The position numbers and the translations under genes were made by a program. 31,243 bases of DNA from Acidimicrobiales bacterium (GTDB lineage Bacteria; Actinomycetota; Acidimicrobiia; Acidimicrobiales; VFJN01): positions 1-31,243 of the forward strand of contig JBDSUN010000064.1 in assembly GCA_039927735.1 (NCBI GenBank), given 5' to 3'. Under the pieces are notes generated by a model, which was given only the letters and a program-made list of their open reading frames with translations, was not told the DNA's origin and did no database searches. How positions within the stretch are numbered: position 1 is the first letter of the stretch; each line of letters opens with the position of its first letter. Of the stretch, positions 15,899-23,647 are shown piece after piece.

Positions 15899-16795
15899 TC
15901 AGGGCGGTGCGGAGCCGTAGTCCTGCCAGGGGTCGTCGCGGTCTCGGATGACCTGGCGGAAGCCGTCCTGCTGAATGGACTCCTCCCAACGGCGGGCCTC
16001 CTCGGTGTGGCGGGTGATGCCGTCGAAGAGGGTGCCGAGGAGCTGGTTGGTGCGCAGGCCCATGTTGTCGAAGGCTTGGTTGATGAGCAGCTTGTTGAGG
16101 GCCAGCTGGTTGGCCGGGATGTGGGCGAAGCGGCGGGCGTGCGCCTCCACGATGCCGGACAGGTCGTCGGGCGGGTGCACCTCGGACACCAGGCCGATGC
16201 GCAGGGCGGTGGGAGCGTCGATGGCTTTGCCGGTGAGGAGGAACTGCTTGGCGTGCTCCAGGCCGATCCGGTGCACCCACAGCATCGTGGTGGGCGTGCC
16301 GTAGATGCGCGACGGTGCGTAGCCGATGATGGCGTCGTCGGCCATGAAGAGCTGGTCGCAGCACAACACCAGATCGGTGGCGCCGCCGATGGCGAAGCCG
16401 TGGATCTCGCCGAGCACGGGCTTCGGACACTCCCATATCTTCATGAAGCGACGGACGTTGTTCCCCATGAACTGCAGGTCGCGCACCGGGTCCCAGGCGC
16501 CGGCCCGGTGCTCCACGCGTGGCGCGTCGTAGGGCGTCGACCAGCCGGCGTAGCTCGGATCGGGATGGGCGACCGGTGAGGCCTCAGGATCGCCCTGGAG
16601 GTCGTAGCCAGCTGTGAAGGCTCGGCCCGCCCCCCTCAGCACCACGGCCCGGACGGTCTGTGAGACGGTGGCGGCATCGATGCCGTCGGCCACACCCTGG
16701 ACCATCGGCTCGGTCAGGGTGTTGAGGCGCTCGGGCCGGTTGAGGGTGATGACGGCGATGTCATCGCGCTCCTCGTACAGGACGGGTTCAGCCAT
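15899..16795 (-). CDS. Crotonase/enoyl-CoA hydratase family protein
   Basis: ITLNRPERLNTL, FTAGYDL, KPVLGEIHGFAIGG and ALRIGLVSEV. Confidence 0.9.
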   Translation of the reverse strand: MAEPVLYEERDDIAVITLNRPERLNTLTEPMVQGVADGIDAATVSQTVRAVVLRGAGRAFTAGYDLQGDPEASPVAHPDPSYAGWSTPYDAPRVEHRAGAWDPVRDLQFMGNNVRRFMKIWECPKPVLGEIHGFAIGGATDLVLCCDQLFMADDAIIGYAPSRIYGTPTTMLWVHRIGLEHAKQFLLTGKAIDAPTALRIGLVSEVHPPDDLSGIVEAHARRFAHIPANQLALNKLLINQAFDNMGLRTNQLLGTLFDGITRHTEEARRWEESIQQDGFRQVIRDRDDPWQDYGSAPP

Positions 16796-17504
16796 CCCCG
16801 GAGCCTGGCACGGTGCTGACGACGACGCGGCCGTCGCCGGGGTAGGCCCCGTCGACGAACCAGGTGCTGCCGCTGCCGGCCAGCACCGGAATCAGACCGG
16901 TGGCATCGCCGAGGCGATCGCGCCAGCGGGCGAGGTCGGGGGCGACGACGAGGGCAGCCGGTTCGAGGTCGTTGGGGCCGTCGCCGTGCGGGCCCCCGAG
17001 CCCATCCCAGGCGGCGTAGACGGCCGGGGTCGAGCAGTGGACGGGCGGGGTGAGGAGGGTGAAGGTCAGCGCCTCGAAGGCGAGCGGCTCGACCCCCTCC
17101 CCGATGCCGGTGACCCGGGCCCGGCCCCCGGTGAGGCAGAAGGGCACGTCGGCCCCGAGCCGGGCGGCGAGGTCGAGATCCGTCACCCCGGCCCAGCGCA
17201 GCACCGCAGCCGCGTCGGCGGAGCCCCCGCCGAGGCCAGCCCCCGATGGGATGCGCTTGTCGAGGCGAACCTGGGCCATCCGATCGACCGCCCGCAGGGC
17301 TCGGCGGACGAGGTTGTCGTCATCGGCGCCCACGTCCGGTCCGGCGCCAGTGACGTCGAGGCCGTCGCCCTTGGTGAAGGTGAGGGTGTCGGCCAGGTCG
17401 AGGCTCACCATCTCGGCGTCGATCAGGTGGAAGCCGTCATCGCGCACCCCAGTGATCCGCAGCGACCGGGTGAGCTTGGCGGGGGCGCTGACGACGTCCG
17501 GCAC
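16788..17504 (-). CDS. ispE: 4-diphosphocytidyl-2-C-methyl-D-erythritol kinase (compact, 238 aa)
   Basis: APAKL, IPSGAGLGGGSADAAA, GADVPFCL, NDLE and GSGST; follows rsmA. Confidence 0.93.
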   Translation of the reverse strand: MPDVVSAPAKLTRSLRITGVRDDGFHLIDAEMVSLDLADTLTFTKGDGLDVTGAGPDVGADDDNLVRRALRAVDRMAQVRLDKRIPSGAGLGGGSADAAAVLRWAGVTDLDLAARLGADVPFCLTGGRARVTGIGEGVEPLAFEALTFTLLTPPVHCSTPAVYAAWDGLGGPHGDGPNDLEPAALVVAPDLARWRDRLGDATGLIPVLAGSGSTWFVDGAYPGDGRVVVSTVPGSGDG

Positions 17505-17507
17505 GGC

Positions 17508-18341
17508 TCAGGACCCTACGTCTGCACAGACGTCGGCCAGTCGGAGCCAGTCGGCCAGGGTGAGCTCTTCGGCGCGCGCCTCGGGGTTGATGGCGACGGC
17601 TTCCAGGTCCCCCGGCTGCACCTTGTCGGCGAGCGAGCGGCGAAGCATCTTGCGGCGCTGGCCGAACCCGGTGGCCACGAGGTCGAACACGACCGCCCGC
17701 TGCTCGTCGGTGCCGGCCGGCGCGTGGCGGCGGAGGTCGACGAGGGCGGAGTCGACCCGAGGCTGGGGGATGAAAACGGTGGGGGCGACCTTGGCCACGA
17801 CGGCGGCATCCGCCCACCAAGCCCGCTTCAACGACGGGATGCCGTAGGTCTTGGTGCCGGGCCCAGCCGCCAGGCGCTCTCCCACCTCGAGCTGCACCAG
17901 CACCAGCATGCGCTGGATGGCCGGAGCGTCGGCGAGGAGGTCGAGCACCAACGGCGTTGCGATGTTGTAGGGCAGGTTGGCGACGAGGGTCCAGGGTCGG
18001 GTCGGGTCCGGCGGGCCCAGCAACGCCACCCAGTCGAGCTCCATGGCGTCGGCCTCGATGACAGTGGCGCCGCCTGGCTCGACGATGCTTCGCAGCACCG
18101 GTGCCAGGCGCCGGTCGACCTCGATGGCGGTCACCTCGGCACCGGCCTCCAGCAGCGCCAACGTCAGCGAACCCAGCCCGGCTCCCACCTCCACCACCCG
18201 GTCACCCGCACCGACGCCCGCCAGCCGCACGATCTTGCGCACGGTGTTGGCGTCGGCCATGAAGTTCTGCCCCAGGGCCCGGGACGCCTCCAGCCCATGT
18301 TCGGCCAGCAGCCCCTGGATGGCCGAAGGCGAGTGCGTCAC
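17508..18341 (-). CDS. rsmA: 16S rRNA m6,2A1518/1519 dimethyltransferase KsgA
   Basis: LGQNF, VEVGAGLG, ANLPYNI and QRRKMLR. Confidence 0.96.
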   Translation of the reverse strand: MTHSPSAIQGLLAEHGLEASRALGQNFMADANTVRKIVRLAGVGAGDRVVEVGAGLGSLTLALLEAGAEVTAIEVDRRLAPVLRSIVEPGGATVIEADAMELDWVALLGPPDPTRPWTLVANLPYNIATPLVLDLLADAPAIQRMLVLVQLEVGERLAAGPGTKTYGIPSLKRAWWADAAVVAKVAPTVFIPQPRVDSALVDLRRHAPAGTDEQRAVVFDLVATGFGQRRKMLRRSLADKVQPGDLEAVAINPEARAEELTLADWLRLADVCADVGS

Positions 18342-18379
18342 ACCGCCAACCCTTGCAGGCCCCGGCGGCGGATCACCGT

Positions 18380-18436
18380 TCTGACTGGCCGCCCGCTGCG
18401 CGCCGGTGGCACCACCGGCGTTCCAGCACTGTCAGA
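18380..18436. terminator. Compound hairpin downstream of the rpf gene
   Basis: Core cgccggtg-gcac-caccggcg, with gctg/cagc and tctgac/gtcaga outer pairings. Confidence 0.5.
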
Positions 18437-18445
18437 GCAGGAAGG

Positions 18446-19090
18446 TCAGGTGTAGCCGAGCTGGCGGGAGCAGTGGGGCCACTGGCCCCAGCCGGCGCGG
18501 GCCTGGAGGATCTTGCCGCGGTGGATCTGCTCGTCCCGGGAGGCCTGGTGGGGGTAGCCGGCACCGCCGACGTTCTGCCAGGAGGCCAGCGAGAACTGGA
18601 GGCCGCCGTAGTACCCGTTGCCGGTGTTGAGGCCCCAGTTGCCGTAGCTCTCGCACTGGGCCAGGCGGTCCCAGGCGGCGGGGTCGTTCGGGTCGCCGGG
18701 GCCGGCGCTCGGCAGCGCCGGCGGGGCGGACGCGGCGGGGGGAGGGGGCGGAGCGGCGGTGGTCGTCGGCGAGACGGGTGCCGGAGCCCGGAGGGCCTGC
18801 ACCGCCGGGGCCTGGGTGGTCGGCGGCGCCTCCGTGGTGGAGGTGGTCGTCTCCGGCGCAGCCGTCGTGGTGGGTGCGACGGTGGTCGTGGTGGTGGTAG
18901 GACGCATCGCGGCCGTCACGACGTTGCGGCGTTGCGACGAGGAGCTCACCTCGTCGGCGCTGGTCAGCACCTCGACCCGGTCGTCGCTGGTCTCGGCGGT
19001 GGCCGGAAGGTTGTCGATCAAGAGCACGGGGAGCGCGGCCAGCGTGATCGCCGCTGCCAAGGCCAGTCGGCTGCGCTGGGCGCGAGCCAT
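18446..19090 (-). CDS. Resuscitation-promoting factor (Rpf) family lytic transglycosylase (alternative start 19204)
   Basis: C-terminal WDRLAQCESYGNW...NGYYGGLQF...W...EQI..G...G.GQWPHC, N-terminal signal/anchor and Thr/Pro-rich linker. SD GAGGT precedes ATG 19090. Confidence 0.93.
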   Translation of the reverse strand: MARAQRSRLALAAAITLAALPVLLIDNLPATAETSDDRVEVLTSADEVSSSSQRRNVVTAAMRPTTTTTTVAPTTTAAPETTTSTTEAPPTTQAPAVQALRAPAPVSPTTTAAPPPPPAASAPPALPSAGPGDPNDPAAWDRLAQCESYGNWGLNTGNGYYGGLQFSLASWQNVGGAGYPHQASRDEQIHRGKILQARAGWGQWPHCSRQLGYT

Positions 19091-19213
19091 GGGAGCGACC
19101 TCGAGGTCCTCGACGTCAGGGCTGGGGGCGATCTCAGCCCGCAGTGCCGTCGTTCCCGCCAGGTGGCGCGGGGTCGGTCGCTGCCGATGGGGCCCTGAAC
19201 GCATCCGGGGGAC

Positions 19214-19231
19214 GTTACGCAGGTTCGTAAC
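19214..19231. promoter_or_regulatory. Inverted repeat GTTACG-N6-CGTAAC overlapping a candidate rpf -10 box (TAACGT, 19212..19217, minus strand)
   Basis: Perfect 6-bp dyad in a locally AT-richer intergenic segment. Confidence 0.5.
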
Positions 19232-19279
19232 ACGATTGCAAACAACAGGCTTGTGATTCGGCGAACGCCGGTTCGACGG

Positions 19280-20038
19280 TCAACCCAGCGGCAACCCGTA
19301 GGTGGCGGCGGCCGTTTCCCATGTCGACGAGGCGACATCTTCGAGGTCGACAGCCTTCAGGCGGGCCAGTGCTGCGGCCACGTCGACCACCCACGCCGGC
19401 TGGTTGGGCTTGCCCCGGTGCGGCACCGGCGCCAGGTAGGGGCTGTCGGTCTCCACCAGCAGCCGATCGAGCGGGCACAGCACGAGGGCGGCGTGGAGAT
19501 CGGTGGCCGACGGGAAGCTGATGATCCCGCTGAAGGACAGCACGGCGCCGAGGTCGAGGCAGTGACGAGCCTCGTCGGGACCACCCGTGAAGCAGTGGAA
19601 CACCGTCCGGGGTGGCGTGCCCTCGGCAGCCAGGATGTCGAAGGTCTCCGGCCACGCCTCCCGGGTGTGGATGACCAGGGCCAGGTCGTGCTGGTGGGCG
19701 AGGGCGATCTGGGCGGCGAAGACCTCAGCCTGCTGGTCGCGGGGCGAGTGGTCAAAGTGGAAGTCGAGCCCGCACTCGCCCACCGCCACCACCTCGGGCT
19801 CCCCCAGCAGGGCCTCAAGCCCCCCGATGCCGTCCTTGGCTTCGTGAGGGTGGACGCCGACGGTGGCCCACACCGTGCCGGGATAGCGACGGGAGATGTC
19901 GATGTAGTCGGCCGACTGGCCCACGTCGCAGCCCACGGTGATGAGCCGCTCGACGCCGACGGCCGCGGCCGCCGCCACCTGCTCGTCGGCCCGCACCGGA
20001 TCCCGGTTCAGGTGACAGTGATCGTCGATCCAGCGCAC
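19280..20038 (-). CDS. tatD: TatD family deoxyribonuclease
   Basis: DDHCHL, GVHPH, VGECGLDF, IHTREA, FHCFTG and VETDSPYLAP. TACCGT-N7-GTG start. Confidence 0.95.
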   Translation of the reverse strand: MRWIDDHCHLNRDPVRADEQVAAAAAVGVERLITVGCDVGQSADYIDISRRYPGTVWATVGVHPHEAKDGIGGLEALLGEPEVVAVGECGLDFHFDHSPRDQQAEVFAAQIALAHQHDLALVIHTREAWPETFDILAAEGTPPRTVFHCFTGGPDEARHCLDLGAVLSFSGIISFPSATDLHAALVLCPLDRLLVETDSPYLAPVPHRGKPNQPAWVVDVAAALARLKAVDLEDVASSTWETAAATYGLPLG

Positions 20039-20060
20039 GTGTCGCACGGTAGACCCCGAT

Positions 20061-20107
20061 GTCTGTGCACGAAAACGTCCGGATAGCGGACGAAACCGTG
20101 CACAGAC
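20061..20107. repeat. Intergenic two-tier hairpin B (same geometry as hairpin A)
   Basis: gtctgtgcacg/cgtgcacagac outer stem, 4x4 internal loop, cgtccg/cggacg inner stem. Confidence 0.8.
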
Positions 20108-20115
20108 GTTGGGCC

Positions 20116-21834
20116 CTAGGTGGTGCGGCGGCCTTGGTCGAGGACAACCACCTGGGTGGCTCGTTCGAGGACGGCGACGCGGTGGCTGACGACGAGGATC
20201 GTGGTGGCCGTGCCGGCGTCGAGGAGGCCCTCCCACATGCGGGCCTCGGTGTCGACGTCGAGGGCGCTGGAGATGTCGTCGATCACCAGTAGCTCGGGGC
20301 GGCGGACGAAGGCCCGGGCGGCGGCGGTGCGCTGGATCTGGCCGCCGGACAGGCGCACGCCCTTGGCGCCCACCACCGTGCCGAGACCGTCAGGCATCCA
20401 AGCGACGTCGTCGTCGAGGCAGGCCAGGCGGATGGCCTCGGCCAGACCAGCCTCCTCCACGCCGAGGAGCACGGCGTCCGACAGCGGCTCGCTGAACAGG
20501 CGCGGCACCTGGGCGACGTAGGCGGAGCGGGGCGGCACCAGCAGCTGCGAGGGGTCCGGGGCGAGGACGCCGTTCCACCGGATCTCGCCGCCGTCGATCG
20601 GCGTCAGCCCGAGCAGGGCGCGCAGCAAGGTGGACTTGCCGGCGCCGACCGGTCCGGTGACGACGGTGAGCGAACCCCGGACGAGGGTCAGGTCGACTCC
20701 GAAGACGCCACCGCCACCCGGGTGAACGGCTGTGAGCCCGCTGACCGTGAGCTCGCAGAGCCGGTCGTCCCCGGCCCGCCGCTCGGGGGCGGTGACCGGC
20801 GCGGGCGGGAAGGTCCCCGAGCCGCGCCGCAGCTGGAGCGGGGCGGGGGCGACCACGCCGTCGGGGACGCGATCCGGGAGCAGGCGGGCCATGCGCTCCA
20901 CGGACACTTCAGCCTGGCGGTGGTGGGCGCCGAGGCTGGCCGCCCACCGGGGCAGGTTGGCCAACACCGCGACGGCGCTGGCGAACAGTCCGACGTCGCC
21001 CACGGTGGCCCGGCCCTCGGCCAAGGCGGGCACGATGAGGAGCACGACCAGGCCGGTGCCGAGGTTGCCGATGGCGGCCGAGCTGGTGCGCAGGACCTGG
21101 GTGGCCACCTGGTCCACCTTGGCTGCGGCCGCTCGGGTCTCGCCGAGCTCGTCGAAGCGCCGGACGACCGAGGCCTCGGCGCCGGCCACCTTGATGGCCC
21201 CGATGGAGCCGAACACGTCGCCGATGAAGCCGGTGACGGCGCTGGTGGCCTCCCGCTCCCGTCGGCGCCAGGCCCGGAGCCGGTTGCCGAGCAGGCGGCA
21301 CAGGAGCAAGGCGGCGACGACGGGGACCACGACCACGAAGGTGACCCGGGCATCCACTGCGGCCATGACGGCCACGGCGGACAGGCCCGCGACCACGGCT
21401 CCGGACATGTCGAGCCACACGTCGAGCACCATCGCGAGGTGCATGGCGTCGTCCCGGAAGCGGCTGACTGCCTCCCCACTCGAGCTCGGCAGCCGCCCGA
21501 CGGCCGGCCCGGGCGCGCTCACCAGGGAACGGAGCATGTTGACCCGGGGAAGCGTGTTCCAGAACACCCAGCACCCATGCCACTGGACCACTGCGAAGCC
21601 GAAGATGGCCCAGCGCCCGACCTCGACCACGGTCAGCGCCACCAGGAGGCCGAGCACCGGCGAGGTGCTGTCGTTCGACACCCGATCGAGCACGGCCTTG
21701 AGGAGGAGCCCGGCCGGAATCGGCATCACGTTCCACGCCACCCAGGACGTCCAGGCGATGGCGTAGGCCACCGGCTCGCGCCGCCCGAGCTGCCGAGCGA
21801 CGGGGATGGCTCCCGGGGCGGCGCGCCGCATCAT
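20116..21834 (-). CDS. ABC exporter half-transporter (TMD-NBD), degenerate Walker B
   Basis: GPVGAGKST, LSGGQ, LLVIDD and SHR. ATGA overlap with the upstream partner gene. Confidence 0.92.
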   Translation of the reverse strand: MMRRAAPGAIPVARQLGRREPVAYAIAWTSWVAWNVMPIPAGLLLKAVLDRVSNDSTSPVLGLLVALTVVEVGRWAIFGFAVVQWHGCWVFWNTLPRVNMLRSLVSAPGPAVGRLPSSSGEAVSRFRDDAMHLAMVLDVWLDMSGAVVAGLSAVAVMAAVDARVTFVVVVPVVAALLLCRLLGNRLRAWRRREREATSAVTGFIGDVFGSIGAIKVAGAEASVVRRFDELGETRAAAAKVDQVATQVLRTSSAAIGNLGTGLVVLLIVPALAEGRATVGDVGLFASAVAVLANLPRWAASLGAHHRQAEVSVERMARLLPDRVPDGVVAPAPLQLRRGSGTFPPAPVTAPERRAGDDRLCELTVSGLTAVHPGGGGVFGVDLTLVRGSLTVVTGPVGAGKSTLLRALLGLTPIDGGEIRWNGVLAPDPSQLLVPPRSAYVAQVPRLFSEPLSDAVLLGVEEAGLAEAIRLACLDDDVAWMPDGLGTVVGAKGVRLSGGQIQRTAAARAFVRRPELLVIDDISSALDVDTEARMWEGLLDAGTATTILVVSHRVAVLERATQVVVLDQGRRTT

Positions 21835-23585
21835 GCGAGGGCTCCGCGGGTGGCGGAGGAGACAGCCAGGAGGCGTGCAAACTCGGAGGTTGGATCGGCG
21901 GCCAGGTTGGCCCGGCGGCCGTGCTCGAGGACGCGACCGCGCTCGAGGACGAGCACCTCGTCGACCTGATCGAGGGTGGCGAGGCGGTGGGCGATGATGA
22001 CGACGGTGCGGCCCCGCAGGGCCCGGTCGGCGGCCAGGGTGAGGCGGGCTTCGGTGTCGGGATCGAGACGGCTGGTGGCCTCGTCGAGCACCACCAGTCC
22101 CGGGTCCGACAGGAGCACCCGCGCGAACGCCAGCAGCTGGGCTTGTCCGGCCGAGAGCCCGCCCCCGCCGTCGAGCACCGTGTCGAGCCCGTGATCCAGG
22201 CCGATGGCCCAGTCGGCCAGCCCGACGTCGGTGAGCGCCTCGAGCAGCTGGGCGTCGCTGGCCACCACGGTACCGAGGAAGGTGAGGTTGTCGCGCAGGC
22301 TGGCCCGGAGCAGCTCGACGTCCTGGCTGACCACGGCGACTCGCCGACGCAGGTCCGGTGTGGCCGCATCGCGCACGTCCACACCTCCGAGGCGCACCGC
22401 GCCGCTGGTGACGTCCCACAACCGGGCCAGCAGCCGACCGAGGGTGGACTTGCCGCTCCCCGTCCGCCCGACCACACCGAGGGTGGTGCCTGGCGTGAGG
22501 TGGAGGTCGAGGTCGACGAGGACGTCGCTGTCGCCCTCGTAGGCGAAGGAGACGTCGTCGAGGTGCACGTCGAGGGCGCCGTCGGGCAGCGGGTCCCCTC
22601 GCCCCTCGGGCAGGGACGGGGCCGTGGCCAGCAACCGTCCGGCCCGCCGGGCACCGGCGGCTGCCTTCTGGAACTCCTGCATCTGCTCGGCGATGCGCTC
22701 GATCGGCTGCCGGACCATCTGGGAGAAGCGGAAGAGCGTGAGCAGGGAGCCGAGGGTGAGGAGCCCGTCCCGGTGCAGCAGCACCCCCACGCCGAGTGTG
22801 AGCACCGAGCCGATGCTGAAGGCGGTGGCGGCGGCCGTGTAGGAGCCGTCGCCCAGGAAGGCGGCGTGGCGGGCGGCGTGCCACCAGCGCGAGGAGTGAT
22901 GGGCGAGCTGGTGCACGGCGTAGGGGCCGGCGCCGTTGGCCCGCAGGTCCTCCAGGCCCCCGAGCCGCTCCTCGAGGTCGCCGTAGAGCTGCGCCTGGAT
23001 CTCCCGCTCGGCATCGTGGGCGGGCACGGCCACGCTCCGGAGGCGGATGAGCAGGTAGGCGGCCACCGCCACGGAGCCGGCGATCAGCAGCCCGGCCCGC
23101 CAGTCGATGACGAAGGACACCACCAGCACGCCGACGAGGAGGATGGCGTTGCCGAGCACCTGCAGCACGGCCACTGACGAGAACTCGACGATGGCCTCCA
23201 CGTCGCCGTCCAGGCGCTCGATCATCAGCCCGGGGCTGTGGGTGCCGTGCCAGTCGAGGTCGAGGCGCAGGGCGTGGCGGGCCAGGTCGAGCCGGAGGTG
23301 GTTCCCCACCCGCCAGGCCAGGTCGACCGATTGCCAGGTGACCAGCACCTGCAGGGCGTCGGAGCCCACGGTGACGACCAGGAAGATGACGGCGATGCCG
23401 ACGAGATCGGCGGTCGGCTCACCGCGCAGGGCGGCGTCGATGGCCTTCCCGAGCAGCACAGGTCCGGCCACCGGGGCCAGCGTGGAGACCAGGAGGACCA
23501 CGCCCAGCACCAGCAGCCGGGCCCGCTCGGGGCGCAGGTACGCGGCGAGCAGGCCCACATCCGTTCCGTGGGAGGGCCCTGCCAT
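21831..23585 (-). CDS. ABC exporter half-transporter (TMD-NBD), variant signature motif
   Basis: GRTGSGKST, LSAGQ, LVVLDEATS and AHRL. Confidence 0.93.
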   Translation of the reverse strand: MAGPSHGTDVGLLAAYLRPERARLLVLGVVLLVSTLAPVAGPVLLGKAIDAALRGEPTADLVGIAVIFLVVTVGSDALQVLVTWQSVDLAWRVGNHLRLDLARHALRLDLDWHGTHSPGLMIERLDGDVEAIVEFSSVAVLQVLGNAILLVGVLVVSFVIDWRAGLLIAGSVAVAAYLLIRLRSVAVPAHDAEREIQAQLYGDLEERLGGLEDLRANGAGPYAVHQLAHHSSRWWHAARHAAFLGDGSYTAAATAFSIGSVLTLGVGVLLHRDGLLTLGSLLTLFRFSQMVRQPIERIAEQMQEFQKAAAGARRAGRLLATAPSLPEGRGDPLPDGALDVHLDDVSFAYEGDSDVLVDLDLHLTPGTTLGVVGRTGSGKSTLGRLLARLWDVTSGAVRLGGVDVRDAATPDLRRRVAVVSQDVELLRASLRDNLTFLGTVVASDAQLLEALTDVGLADWAIGLDHGLDTVLDGGGGLSAGQAQLLAFARVLLSDPGLVVLDEATSRLDPDTEARLTLAADRALRGRTVVIIAHRLATLDQVDEVLVLERGRVLEHGRRANLAADPTSEFARLLAVSSATRGALA

Positions 23586-23647
23586 GGCGGAGCGACGCTA
23601 CCGGCGCGCCCCCGGTCGACACCGAACGATTTCTGTGGGGTGGAGGG

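Noticed and set aside
18700-18900. Tandem repeat or CRISPR-like array in the rpf gene
   Set aside because: Low-complexity Thr/Pro/Ala codons of a protein linker, with no constant repeat-spacer periodicity.
19090-19280. c-di-AMP (ydaO) or TPP riboswitch upstream of rpf
   Set aside because: Only fragments are present (gccgaatc; gctgaga). The downstream conserved cores of both riboswitch classes are missing.
21835-22884. 922-aa ABC ORF and 764-aa GH57 ORF (extension 29425..30339)
   Set aside because: The extensions are alternative frames over the genuine upstream genes. The true starts are at the ATGA/TGATG overlaps.
23632-23637. Third copy of the TCTGTG hairpin family near the rmuC stop
   Set aside because: The hexamer is present, but there is no CACAGA partner or stem.
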